Positions 50,200 through 63,603 of a DNA stretch of 64,000 bases are shown here, in pieces. The stretch lies in contig CM035354.1 of assembly GCA_020137815.1 (NCBI GenBank), forward strand, positions 4,030,001-4,094,000. Reading direction: 5' to 3'. A program made the translations under genes and the position numbers. The DNA is from Hormiphora californensis. Its lineage: Eukaryota > Animalia > Ctenophora. The notes under the pieces are model-generated. The model saw only the letters and a program-made list of their open reading frames with translations, searched no databases and had not been told where the DNA came from. The first letter of the stretch is position 1; the number at the start of each line of letters is the position of its first letter.

Positions 50200-50285
50200 G
50201 TCACGTGCTACTTACTATAGATCACGTGACGGTTGCCTGGCAACGGTTATTGGTTGCACGTGCACCGCCGCGCACATGTCACGTG
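50200..50285. promoter_or_regulatory. Cluster of four CACGTG E-boxes plus an X-box-like GTTGCCTGGCAAC
   Basis: CACGTG at 50202, 50223, 50257 and 50280, X-box-like motif at 50232-50244. It lies in the CpG-rich interval between the divergent TMBIM and homeobox genes. Function is inferred. Confidence 0.4.
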
Positions 50286-52786
50286 GTCAGTTCATCGGAT
50301 GACGCAGCTCGAGAGAGGATCGCCTGTGAAAGAGATCTTGGTAGATCTCTCTTTCTCTTGAGAGTCTGTTTATCTGCTTTAGACCATATCATGATCAATT
50401 GAAGCTTTTGTAAAAATTGAGGACTTCTTTCCTAATTTTCAATTAATCACCCTTTTGTTGGTAAATGTAATTTTTGGTTTGTTTGAAAGCAATATGTCGC
50501 ATTATTGATCTGGCAATTGATCTCATATCTGATATCTCTCTATGCTAATGATGTGATCCAATCTGTCATCAGGGGGGATCGCAGAACACCTCGCCCCAGA
50601 TCGCTGCCGCAAGATTTGCTGGTTGCTTGTTACCCAATTAGGGGTACTTGGCTAGCTACTTATGCTCCTGATAGTGAATAGAAAACCTTTCGGTGCCCTG
50701 TTGTCGAGGTTGCAGCTGATCAGCCCCCTGCTGTGCAGGCAGTAAGTCCAATGCCACTTTATATCAGTCCAATTGAGGGGCAGACTTGCATTACCATCCT
50801 TTACTGTGACTCTATCTTACTATCATTGATCATGGACACCTGACTTTCTTTCCAGATCTCCCCTACAATTCAGACCCATGGTCACTGCAGCACCCTCCAA
50901 ATGTCTCAATAGCCCTTTTGTATAGGCCCACTATCTTGCTAACCTGCTGCCAGGTTTCTCCCAAACTTCCTTGATTCTAATAAATACTGGCAATATGATA
51001 ATAAGTTAAATCGTTTCCAATCGCCATATATTCCTCCATCAGGACTGTCACTCCCGCTCAAATCTCTCTCTATCTCCCTTTCCCCCTCTCTCTCTCTCTC
51101 TTGTTTCACTATCTTTTCTTGTCGAGCTGATGTTTTGACAGGCTATTAAATTAATAACGCTTACAACTTTTTCAGGGGGTATTTTATTATGTATTGCCCA
51201 ATTTTATTGCCGCTTCCTCAGATTTTGCAGAAAGCATTTGAAAGCTGCTACAAACACTAATTTTGAGCGCTGTTCCATTGAAATCAAGATCGCATCACAT
51301 ACAGCCCGAATACTAATTGTAGGGTAGGATATTATAGGGTAGGCTTGATCCTCGAAATTTGCTCAGATCGGGTCGGCCAGACAAAAATAGGTAGATTGTA
51401 CCGCTGATATCTGATCGAAACTTATGTGCTGCTCTTTCATACTGGTTATCTTAAGGTTCGCTTAAGAAGAACGGTGTCGGAGACAATATTCTCGTTTTAG
51501 AACTCGCCATTTCTCTCCCATCTCCCATCTCTCTCCCTCTCTCTCCCATCTCTCTCACTTTCTCTTCCCAACAATATATAAAAGAGCCCTAAAGCAGTTC
51601 TCAATAGTACTGTCACCTGACAGCATATGGATCTTTGCTCTGCCCGTCACGCGCCTACAGTTATAGAAGCACTTGAAACCATGTCTAATGTCCATCCATC
51701 AATTGATTCTCACAAACTTATCACATAGCAGCCTTCGATTCTGGTTTGATCTCTCTTGTACTTGATTTTCCACAGTTTGAGTTTTAGTAGGGCGTGTGGT
51801 AATCAATTGGTTCCAAAATATATATTCTGCACTTACAACCTGAATCGTGATTATTCCACCCTTTGTGCATTTACTCCTCTCATATTGACAGGCGTCCCAG
51901 ACAATAGATATAGGAGCACCCCTTTACAGAGCTGTTCAACCAATGGGAGACGAGGCTGCCCCAGCCCTCGACCAATAGTAGCGCAGTATTTGGGTCACGT
52001 GATTGCACCTTTCACCTTTATTGCTATTGGTTAAATCGAGGACAAATTCAGTTGAAATCTTTTTGGTTACAAATGCCCTATAGTAGTAGCTCTTAGTCGT
52101 CAGTTGACTGTGGATCATATTGTTTCTCTTCCGTAGTACCCTTTTGGGCTATAAAACCCATATTTAGGTGCCGGCAAGCACCTTCCTATAATAAGACGGT
52201 CCTAATCTCTGTAACGTTCAAGAGAAACTCCAGAAAGCGTGGGAGTATTCCCGGCGGGCAAGGGGTGTCTTATCATCCCTATTTTCCCAGCCCTGGTGGC
52301 GAGGGGTGAGCTCATCTAGATCATCTCTATTACCCCTGGTGGAACTCTTGGTCCTCCATGGTGCTGCTTAGTTGTCTAGTTAGTCGTCCTATGTAAACAC
52401 ATATAATATACCATCTCATCTGCTGCAGTCGGAGAGCGAGTGTTATAAACCCACGTGGGTCATGTGACACCAGCATAGTATCAAGTCTAGACTTCTCTCT
52501 CCCTCCCTCTCCCCCCCCGAATCTCAGCTCCTAACACACACGTGATGGAAAGGTTCCTGTGGTGCCGCTACAGACTCTGTGTTTATCAGAAACCCATAAT
52601 TTATGCCCCCGGTTTATCGGAGAGAGAGTTGTTTGGTTTGTTTCTTCTAACGTGGGGAGAGAAGGTCGAACAAGCTTCAATTGTTCATTGATTCATCTTT
52701 AGTTTATTTTGCAGTTACATAACAACCCATGATATTTTCTTTTTAATTGTTTATCCTACAGTTTAATAACTCCCTTCAATTGCAGT

Positions 52787-54109
52787 ATGGATCTGTATTA
52801 TCAAAGCAATGGACTCATGGCTGGTGGAATACAGGCGGGGCACAACCCAATGTTCCCTAACCCTCAACTTATCTCCCATCACCCAATACCGACATCTTGC
52901 AACCTTATTCAGGTAAATTGTGTTAGCTGGGTTTTAATAATTTGAGTATACCATGACAACATAAATTTTCCAACAACTCATGCTACTTCATAATTCGTGA
53001 ATATGAATATTTAATTTTAACACAAAACTAGCACTGTTTTATATTTCAGTCTGCCCCGCACCTCACAGATGCGTTTTGCAATGAATACATGTCTGGGCAA
53101 CATTGCTCCAAGTCACCGACCCCGTTTGGAGTTCAGGATATTTTGGGAATGCCCCAGGTAGGACATTTAAACCTCTGACTGATTCGCAATTAAACCCAAT
53201 TCTTTGATAGTTCAGAGAACATAAAGGTCCTGGGGAGAGAACCCTTGCCCATTGTAAGCAACTATGAAAGATGTACCCAACCCAACTTAGCCCCTTGGCA
53301 AGCCCCAAAACTAACCCTTCCCTCTATCTCCTCAGAATGAGGGTGTCCGGTTAAACCAGAAAGTGCCAGTAGTTCACATTGCTAAAAGGTACGATGGGAA
53401 CAGGAACAGTTCATTCGGTGCAGCCTTTGTTAGTGAGGATGAATACGATAAAATTGTGGCAACAGCTGATGTTCTGGACGAGGTTACCGCTCTTAGACTC
53501 GGTCTCGAATATGAAGGTGAGTGAACGGGGTGAAAACCTTTTTAATCGTGGTAAACTGCATGGGTCTAGTTTTGCTTCAAAAGTCTGATCTTATTTTGGA
53601 TCATTCTCAAGCCAAGTGCCTGGTTCTACTTCGCACTCCTATGATTCCTTTTAACCGGAAGTTGGTTTATTATTAGACAAGAACACGCACACTTCGCACC
53701 TATCCGCATCTTTAATTTCCTGCTTCCCTTGATAGTGAACTCCTGAATTTGTCTCCCACCCATCACTTGTTCCTGGACTAAGAAGAGGGGATTAAAGAGA
53801 GGGAGATCTAGGACTAGAGAAAGAAGGGAGAGAGATCTGGAGCTAGGGAAAGTAGGGCCGGGAGAGAGATCTGGAAAGAGCGCTAGTGGGAAAAAATGAG
53901 ACGAATGTGTCATAAAAGATAGGGACACAAAATTATGTAGATCAAGATAAAGATGATGTGACGAAGTGGGGCCGATCATGATACTCAGCAGTATCATTTA
54001 CTGTCTCTCCATATTTTGTCTCGTTCCAACGAGTTTGGAACTCCTAGGGACAAAGGTCATTGATGTTGGTGAGATAGTTATTAGTAGAAGGATAACTATC
54101 TAAAGTTTC

Positions 54110-54157
<48 letters not shown>

Positions 54158-54158
54158 T

Positions 54159-54248
<90 letters not shown>

Positions 54249-55546
54249 AACAATATCCCAGAATAGTCATGTGACATATTATTACCAAAGACACAGTTTC
54301 AACCCGCTATTGCATGTAACAGGGATGGACAGAAAGATAGATGGACTGAGAGATAGAAAGAGAGAAAGGGAGAATGGAGATCGCCGTTTTTTCACTGTAA
54401 AAGAAAGAAGCTTGCTTGAGAACTTTATTTGATTAGCTCCCAGAAGTTTAATTATCATGGTAGCTCTGTAATTCAGGGCAACCTTGTCTGTGGGGGTCAG
54501 ATAGCCGGCCCCTTAGGGAGATAGGGAGATACAAGGGGTGGGAGTCATTCTGGAGATTATGTCATGATGATCTATTCATCCTGGGATAGTTGGCGCCGAT
54601 ATCGGTACTGCGGTATAACAAAAACACCTCAAACAGTCAAATTATCTTCCAAAATCGGCCCTTATACGAAGGACGGGTTCCACCCGTGGATCTATAACAT
54701 AGTCGTACATTATAGACTGTAGTGATGGATCGTCTTGACTTTCCAATCCGTCAGTCGTATTGTGCCTTGTGGCAAATATGGTTGTCAATGTCAGTAGAGA
54801 GTTGGAGAGAGAGTAGTTACACGTATTCAGACACACACACACAGGATCTGATTAATTGGTATTACACTCAGATCTCTCACAGTCAAGTACTCCTGACATC
54901 TAATTGAAAGGCTCTATAGGGATCAGCTTGGAAATCTTTACTTGTCATTTCTAGGCCATAACAACATCGTCTCGAGTATAAATCATGGATCACTATCATT
55001 ATAATTTAGCTATATTATTGGATCTTTTTCTGGACAAATGAAGTACTGGTGATATCTCATTGATTTGTCAGGATAGAGATTGAAGATGAAGAGTAGTACT
55101 TTCTGATGATGGCCTCTCTCCGTATCCCTATCTCTTTCTGGTATCAGTGATCATCTACTATCTAGCTAATTGTGTTAATCGAGTTCAATCAATCATTGGA
55201 ATGACAGTACATGAATCATTGATCTGGCGGTGGTAGTCTGAAGATCTGTTCCGAAGGGAAGATATTGTGATTTTAAGTTCAAGGAGAGAGAGAGACCACT
55301 CCTTCGCAACTTCCGGAGATCAATTCACCTGTCTCTCACTAGCTGGGTGTGTGACAATGTGTCTGTGTTTACGCTTGGGAAACAATAGATGTATCTCTCC
55401 CTATCTCTCTCTATCTCTCTCTGTCTCTCTCTGTCTCCCTATCTCTCTCTCTGACTTTCCAGCCGGTCTCACCTTTTCTCTCTGACACAAAGTGTTCAAA
55501 TCCATTACCTGTCTACTTTACCCGCCATGCCCGTTACAATTACTTC

Positions 55547-55635
<89 letters not shown>

Positions 55636-56808
55636 GAAACATTCAGACACCTAGGTGCCATATATCCCGTCTTTTCGTCCAACTCCAACTATTGCTACTA
55701 GCAATGCTAGACCAAAATTTTATTCTGGCCAAGGCACTTTTACATCGGCTTACTCACAAATCTATGGGCGATACCACTTTGAATCGGCGAAACTCCCGAT
55801 CTCAAGCAGGTTAGGTAGAAAACTCACTGTCTAACACCCCGTTCCCTTTTCAGCCACCATCCCCATCGGCCCTCTGAGGCGGCACCGCAAGGAACGAAAA
55901 GCGAGGACCGTCTTCACCAATGACCAGCTTCAGCTTCTGGAGAACCGCTTCAAAGCTCAGGTAATACATTACAACTGTCAGGCATCGTTCTCATTCTCAT
56001 GCTTCGGAGTGATGGGAATGGTCTGGCATTAAATTACAGAACTCCTAATTTTAGTAGTGGATGGGATTTCTCAAGTCTGTGAATTGTTGATCCATGATCT
56101 CTACCAGATCTCCTCCCCCCATTTCCCCTTCTTCGTATTTGTCTAACTCAAGAGTATCCAATTGTTGAGAGAGAGAGGGCGACCAGATCGGTCTTGCTTG
56201 CGTGTGTAACTAAATTATAGCTGGTCCGCGTTCTATAATTAAATATTCACTCTCGGACGCGTCTCCCGGTCGAGTACTCAACATGTTGCAATGTTGTAAC
56301 AATAATAATACCCCCTCTCAGTCTCTCTCCATTCTATATATTCCCTTCCCTCCACTGCAGTGGAGTCCACATGTTTCCTCTGAATCATTTTACACGCTCC
56401 AATCAGCCTCCCCTCAGCCGCTCTAACCGACCCTCACAATCCCCCTCAGCCGCTCTAACCAGCCTACTCAATCACCCACAGCCGCTCTATTGCTCTAACC
56501 GACCCTCCTAATCCCCTCAGCCGCGACTGACAAGTCTGGAAAGGGAGGAGCTAGCTCAACAAATAAAACTGTCCGCTACACAAATACGCGTCTGGTTTCA
56601 GGTAAGAGTTTCGTCCTGTTTCCAAGCTTTTTTGGTAAAAATTGGTAGTACTGGTAGTATTGGTACCGACTACTCCAATAGCAAGACTTTCATAGTTTGA
56701 CCGTATACTAATGTAACTTCATCACCGAATTCCTTTCAGAACAAGCGAGCGAAAGTGAAGAGAGACAGAGTGCAAGGACCAGAGGAGGGACATTACTCTG
56801 TGATCTGA
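52787..56808 (+). CDS. ANTP-class NKL homeobox transcription factor with an eh1 motif
   Basis: Exons 52787-52912, 53050-53157, 53336-53516, 55854-55960, 56521-56601 and 56740-56808, with an optional phase-1 exon at ~55710-55809. eh1 is FGVQDILG. Homeodomain is ERKARTVFTNDQLQLLENRFKAQPRLTSLEREELAQQIKLSATQIRVWFQNKRAKVKR. Confidence 0.88.
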
Positions 56809-57552
56809 GCTGATGATCACATATCAGGGTGTCAGTTCTCGCAGTGTGCATGAAAAGAACCAATTCGTGTGATGTATGATGTAAATAAGAAGCAAAGCAA
56901 TGGACTAAACAGGAGCCAGAAGAAAAAGAAAACCTGGAAATAATGTTGAATGTTATTGAGTGAATTCAGAGTGAATTAAAATTAGGGAAAAAGAGTTGAA
57001 GGCCGATAAATGCGAATGAGATTGAATATTTTTTGCTGTCAATGTCATTTCCAAAGTCACAATATGAATCATGGTAACTTTGAAGTTGTCCGTCATAATG
57101 TTTGAAGTTGTCCGTCATAATGTTTCTCCACTTCCAGTGATTGTTAAAATTGGTAAATGTGATTGAGATGAGACTTCAGACTAATAGTAATTCTCGAGTA
57201 TTGAGTAACAAAATGAGAACCAATACCATTCTCTGTCAGTACGTCTCGGTCTGACTCTCAGATTCGGAATGAGCTGAGATCTACGTCTTAGACGAGTTGA
57301 TATGCCAGTTTCATTGTTTATCAAGTTAACGATTTGTTGAAGATTCGAGCTGTTATTGTCAGAAAATTCAATTACCAAAAAAACTATTTGTTTCGATATT
57401 TTCAATGACCTGACGCGGGGGAATCTCAAAACCTTAAAATGCACAGCATTACAAAGCCGCGCGGCAAAAAATCAATCGCGCGCGCGTTTACGTCAGCTCA
57501 GCTGAGTCATGATATGACGGGCGCGATTAAATCTGGGTGGGGCGCGATTATA

Positions 57553-58079
57553 ATCTGGGTGCCTTGCAGCCTGTTTACAGGTGCGCGCTACCAAAAGAGT
57601 ATACTTAGACCGACTTTTTTCAAACGGCTATAGCCATGGAACCACATGGCCGATTTGAGTAAACTAAACGGTATCAGTTAGAGAATCGATAGCCCTATGG
57701 AACAAACTGCCAAGAGAATTGCGTGAATCAGAGACTCTAAAACGTTTTAAAGTGGATCTAAAGACGTTTTTGTTCTGTAGGGCTTTTGGTGTGTAAGGAG
57801 CTGAACTGTCCATTGTGATCATAGGAATCCGTTGAATTTCTAGAGTTAGTAGGAGCCACGAGATATAGAGGAGGTTGTTTGTGTGTCTGGTGGTCAGTCG
57901 AATACTTATTATTTTGTGTGTTCTAGGAAGTGGAGATTTGGGAGTTGATTGGTTTCTTTTATGTGACGGATCCCCAGAACTCGGTAAAAAAAGAGCCTGG
58001 GTTAAAAAATCAAAAAAGCAAAGAAAAAAAGAATAAGAAAAAAAAAAATCAAAAAAAAAAAAAAAAAAAAAAAAAAATC

Positions 58080-58110
<31 letters not shown>

Positions 58111-60076
58111 AAAAAAAGAAAAAAGAGGCAATAAAAAAGAATAATAAAAAAATCAAAGCCCATCCTTCTTTCTCTCAACCTCTTTTCTTCTAGTGTATGT
58201 GTGTACGTGTGTACGTGTGTGTGTGTGTGTACGTGCGTGTGTGCGTGTGTATGTTTGTGTGTATGTGTGTGTTTGTTCTCTTTCTCGAGCGGTTAAGGGA
58301 ACAGGATCTTCACTTCATCTGCACCTTATTTGGCATGGTTCCCAAGAAGTTTCACTCTATCACGGCCATGGGCCAAACTGGTAAACGGATTTTCACCCAG
58401 GTTGTATATTTCTGTATCATTGTGCGGCTTTTTACCTAGGTTTGGGTATAGTCCAATTTTCTACTCGAGTGGCGGGGTGCCGGGCACTTAATTCTTTTCC
58501 TTGGTCTTGTCTTGGTGGTATGAGACTTGATCCTGGTAACACTGGATTTAGTATACTTTATCTGGCCGTTGCGGCCGGGATCCGGTCTCTGCCTTGTCGA
58601 GTGTCACTGGTTCAGTCAGTTTCACATCTGTTTAGCGAGTTGGTGTGTGGCGACCTGTCGCTTGAGTGGGAAATTGGACTTGAGTTTGTATTTTGCTATC
58701 TTTGGATCCCTTGATCCAAGAGCGTTTTATATCTTTCTGAACTGCATTTGCAGTTGTAGTTGCTTTTTCCATTTTCGTTTTATGTACAAATCTATCAACT
58801 CTCTATTCACAGGATATCACATCACAATGTTGCCAAAAGGGATTTGAAGTCTTATCGTTCACTATCATACTCTGCAAGACACAAATACACCATTTTTCAA
58901 GACCAAGCTCAACATTACCTGATTAAGACCTCATCTTTTCCATGACGGGCACACCTTTTGACCAAGTTCCTTATTGAGACTGGTGTAGTAATTTTTTACG
59001 TTGAGATCTATGGCCTCTGTTGCGCTATATTTTTGTAGACTTTTGTATGATTCTATCTTGTGGATATTCAGTGTTCAGTTTATGCTGTTGGGATTAACTT
59101 ATTAACTATTTATTAATTATATTTGACAGTTTATGCTGTTTTTTAATTAACTTATTAACTATGTATTTAATTATATGACAACGAGGACTTTCGGAAGGAC
59201 ATTGATACGAAGATGCGCTTTAGAAAGCGAGTTTTGATCGAAAGGACGCTTTAGTATAAGTCGATCGAGATAAACACTTTTCGCTCAAAAGCGATTTATA
59301 AATGTTAAATGTTATTGTTATTGTTATGTATATATATTATTAATCAACAGTTAATTATCTAACTAGTTATTATCTAACTAGTTAATTATCAATTATCTAA
59401 CTAGTTAATTTCTCTATTATCTAACTACTTAATCACTCATCGAATTAATTACGCTATTTCTTAATTAGATATTTTATAACCCTTATTTTCTACATACATT
59501 TATATATATTATATCGAATGACTGCCGACGGTTTTTTAAGGCCTTTAGGATCTTATAATCCTATAAGAGCCGCTTTAGAAGGCTTGTTAGTGGTGGGTGC
59601 GTTGCTTCAATCGACTGATTGAAACGGCGTCCTCCTAGCACTAACAATGCATAGGCCCAAAAGCGGGATATAAATTATAATTGTATTCGTATTCGTATTC
59701 GTATAACCGATAACCCCAAACCAAACCCTAACCAGACCCTAACGGATAGCCCTAACCCGTCGCGCGCGCCAAAACTACGAATTGTTAGCAATGAAAGGCA
59801 CCCAGATTTTAACGTTTTCCATCTGGGTGCCTTGCAGCCTGTTTACAGGTGCGCGCTACCAAAAGAGTACACACTACACTTAGACCGACTTTTTTCAAAC
59901 GGCTATAGCCACGCAACCACATGGCCAATTTGAGTAAACTAAACGGTATCTGTTAGAGAATCGATAGCCCTAACCGATAACCCCAAACCAGACCCTAACG
60001 GATAGCCCTAACCCTTCGCGCGCGCCAAAACTACGAATTGTGAGCAATGAAAGGCACCCAGATTTTAACGTTTTCC
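57553..60076 (+). mobile_element. Head-to-tail pair of Helentron/DINE-like elements (57553-59820 and 59821-60076)
   Basis: Each unit starts ATCTGGGTGCCTT, carries its inverse AAGGCACCCAGAT ~13 nt from the end, and ends TTTAACGTTTTCC. The ~140-nt left and ~110-nt right arms are shared, and the second copy lacks the ~2-kb interior. CCCTAA motifs are present. Confidence 0.65.
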
Positions 60077-60419
60077 AGTCATGACTTAAAAAACGACGCG
60101 ACGAAACTTTTCAAAAAAGTTTTCGTAAAAATTGAAAATCTATCAAATCTTGATGTATGATGACTCTTACCGCAGACCCCACATCACCGCAACGTTAGAA
60201 AGGCATACACAGTATGCAAAGCTTTTATTTTATTCATGATCACCCTTGGAAATGGTCAAATTCGCGCCCGTGCTCTTCGTGCGAGCTGTAATGTGAGCTG
60301 TAATTGGTCAAAACAGGCCTCGTTGTGCAGACCTGAATATTTCCAAGGTTGCTAGATTTTTAAGGAATCTTGGTGTGTGCTGCGTCTATCAAATACTTAC
60401 CGTTTTTAACTCACAAGGT

Positions 60420-61938
60420 ATGGGTAAAAGTTCAAAAGACAAGCGAGACATTTATTATCGGTTGGCAAAGGAGCAAGGATGGAGAGCTAGATCTGCCTTT
60501 AAACTGCTTCAAGTAAACGAGGAGTTTAATATCTTTGAGGGTGTTTCACGTGCAGTTGATCTTTGTGCAGCACCAGGGAGCTGGAGTCAGGTAAATACTT
60601 GCATTGCTCGACCCTGTCCCACCATAAAGGGTTTGAACAAAACAATGAACAAGTAAACACTTAGTATTATAAAACAGTTAACTTTGTGCTTTTAATCGTC
60701 AATCGATCGATCCTTCCATTGCAACTGTTTCCTATTGGTAGGTTCTGAGTAGGCAGCTATTCGAGGCTAATACAGAAGGTGATGTGAAAATAGTGGCGGT
60801 AGATTTGCAGGCCATGGCCCCCCTTCCCGGGGTCACCCAGATCCAGGGGGACATCACAAAAACAACCACCGCAGAATCAATTATCGGTCATTTTGAAGGT
60901 AAAATGTCAATACATCCACACATTCAATTCACATTATTATCTTTGATGCCTTTGATTAATTGTTCAGTAATGAAATCTGAGCAAGAACTAATTTATTGTC
61001 CATTCTTCCTCCACTAGGTGAACACGCAGAGTTGGTAGTGTGTGATGGAGCCCCTGATGTCACTGGACTTCACGATATTGATGAGTTTATCCAGGCGCAG
61101 CTCCTCCTTGCAGCACTCAACATTACCACACATGTCCTGAAACCAGGGGGCACCTTTGTAGCCAAGGTAGCAGCTCACTCACACACACACACACAATACA
61201 CACACACTTGGAGGCACACCCCAGGTGGCCTTCACCTCAATTCTTGTAGACTCCATTTCTGTTGGTGCCCCTTTTATTTGTATATAACAGCTCTTTCTTT
61301 ACAGATATTCAGAGGTAAAGACGTTGTGTTGCTCTACAACCAGCTGAGATTGTTTTTCAAAGACGTCCAATGCTGTAAGCCGCGATCCAGTAGAAACTCC
61401 AGTATTGAGGCTTTTGTAGTTTGCAGAGGTAATTTGAATTAATTTTAACTAACTGCCTCTCAGGACCTCTAAATACTTCACCGCCCCTCTCAAACCCTGT
61501 AAATACCCCTCCCCCTACCTACAGAGTATGCACCCCCGGAAGGCTACCAGCCTACAATGGTGAATCCTATGCTACAGTTGGACTACAACTTTGATTTTGA
61601 TAGCCTGGATGGTGTCAATAGATTCATTGTACCTTATGTAGCCTGTGGAGATCTCAGGTAAGAGAAGTCACTACTATATCGGAAAACTATCGGAAAACTA
61701 TCACATGTTCTGTGAAAGTACATAATGATAATTGTACGTTCAAAACTCCCAATATTTTCTCACTCAGCTAACATTATCTTCCCTCAGTGCATATGATTCT
61801 GACAAGAGTTACAGTTTGAAGGAAGGTGCAATTCCCTACGTTTACCATCAACCAGTGCAATGCCCCATCAACCCTCCATACAAAGCAGCATGTGAAATGA
61901 AAAGGACTACAGAGGGTGTTTCAAATATTTCTCTCTAG
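60420..61938 (+). CDS. FTSJ1: tRNA (cytidine32/guanosine34-2'-O)-methyltransferase, 294 aa
   Basis: Exons 60420-60590, 60742-60898, 61018-61166, 61305-61428, 61525-61657 and 61788-61938. Motifs: [73 protein letters not shown]. Confidence 0.96.
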
Positions 61939-62066
61939 TGAAGAACATTTTTAATGGGTCTTATTTATTTATCTGTGTTTCAGATCTGATTTTTAATCTA
62001 AATTCGTTAATCAGAGTCATCAGGTTTTCTATCACCATATAATTGATGTCCCATTTGTTTAGTACC

Positions 62067-62345
62067 ATGACTCTTGATGGGGATATTGCTGTGTTTGAGG
62101 AAAAAGTAGTTGAGGTGAGAAAGAATCTCAAAATCCCAGATTTCTCACTTATTAATCCTAATCCTTATCCCTCTCGCTCGCTCCTTATCCTAACTCCCTT
62201 ATTGTTCACTCCTAACTCCACTCTCTTCTAACAGGCAGATAAGCGTGTCTCAAATGAGGAAGATAGCATTCTATCGCTGATGGAGAAGACTAGTCACATT
62301 GCAAAACAGCTCGACCGATTTGACCGGGATTATGTAAATATCTAA
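62067..62345 (+). CDS. Short coiled-coil protein resembling the SIKE1/FGFR1OP2 N-terminus. May continue via a GT donor at 62334
   Basis: Exons 62067-62114 and 62235-62345 (GT-AG, phase 0). RVSNEEDSILSLMEKTSHIAKQLD resembles RLRDHDDAAESLIEQTTALNKRVE as recalled. Confidence 0.5.
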
Positions 62346-62473
62346 CGTGTGTCTAACATGTCCACAATGATGTACACTGATGTAAAAACAATGCTGTACA
62401 GACTGATCTTTATTCCAGATTATTCCAGATTATACTATTTTGATTCACACCAAAATCTACAGAGTGTTGACTA

Positions 62474-63000
62474 TTTTTTCCCTGCCCGGGTGATTGCCGA
62501 AGGCAATCACCCGGGATGATTTTTTTAGCACGCACGTGCTAAAAAGATCATTCAGGGTTTAGAAATCAGCAGATTGTGTAGTTAACTAAAAGTGTCCGTC
62601 CGTCACGGACAACGCCTAACAACAAGTCTGCTCCTTCATAAAACTTTCATCTCACGCTTCGGTGATTCAACAAAGGAAATGATTAACACACATTGTGGCG
62701 TGCAATTACTCGCTGATAGCACTTCCCAAGTTCCCACTATTACCTGAAATAACTTTGGGCGCCCTACAGCCATACTATGAAGTGATAGAATGTCTTCCAA
62801 GCATAAAACTACTGTCACACTAGTGACTCGAGTTGAGATGCGGTTAAAGTTGAAGCACTTGGTAACCAACTGGGGTCTCCTAAGCAACTGCCTTAGTTGC
62901 CATAGCAACTGTCCTGGTTACCATAGCAACTGATTTGGTTACCATAGCAACTGCTTTGGTTGCCATAGCAACTTACCTAGTTACCAACATCGCATCAGCC
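62474..63000. mobile_element. Helentron/DINE-like non-autonomous element carrying an X-box array
   Basis: Perfect 14-bp hairpin at 62485-62515, a second hairpin at 62522-62545, a GTCCGTCCGTC microsatellite core at ~62594, and 4 x GTT(G/A)CCATAGCAAC at 21-nt spacing (62896-62972). The right boundary is approximate. Confidence 0.5.
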
Positions 63001-63603
63001 AAAAAATGCTCTTTGAGCACAAAATTCATCAGGAAATCCAGTTTTGAAGCTTATTCATCAATTTTAAATCCATTTGTGGCAGGGAAACACCGCATTATGA
63101 ATACATAATGCAATAATTCTTGTTATAACCTCCGAAGTTGAAATATATGTTTTATGATCAAATATGCTATTGAGTAAACCGTGTGTCGCCGTCTTGCAGA
63201 TTTTACCCCATCATATACTATATGCGATCTCATGATTTGTCCAATCTTTTCCACCTTTTCCTTTATCTCACATCGTCTCCCTTTTCCCTGCTCAACGCAA
63301 CAGTTTACTTCCCCATTGAGATGGCTAACACATCTCTCTGCTCATTTCCAAAAAGGTTGTGAGTTTGTTTTGTTTCGTAGAAATATACCTAATACCGACC
63401 CCTCCCACAGTCCACACATCCGTTTATCACCTTCATATCCCTCCCCCTGACAGTAGTTTATAACCTCCCCACCCCATCCCATAGTACAGCAGTATAGTTT
63501 GTTATGAGCGTATGATATCGATGAACGCACTAATCCCCGCCCAACTCCGCCGGTCACGCAGCGCCGACCGCCGCAACAACAACATCCAACACAGTGATGA
63601 TCC

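Noticed and set aside
50490-50911. Semi-open plus-strand frame with a GTAAGT donor (~50742) and an acceptor (~50855)
   Set aside because: There is an in-frame stop and no recognisable homology. At most these are UTR or lncRNA exons.
57930-58193. Poly-lysine ORF
   Set aside because: It is an A-rich tract inside a mobile element, with no splice or homology support.
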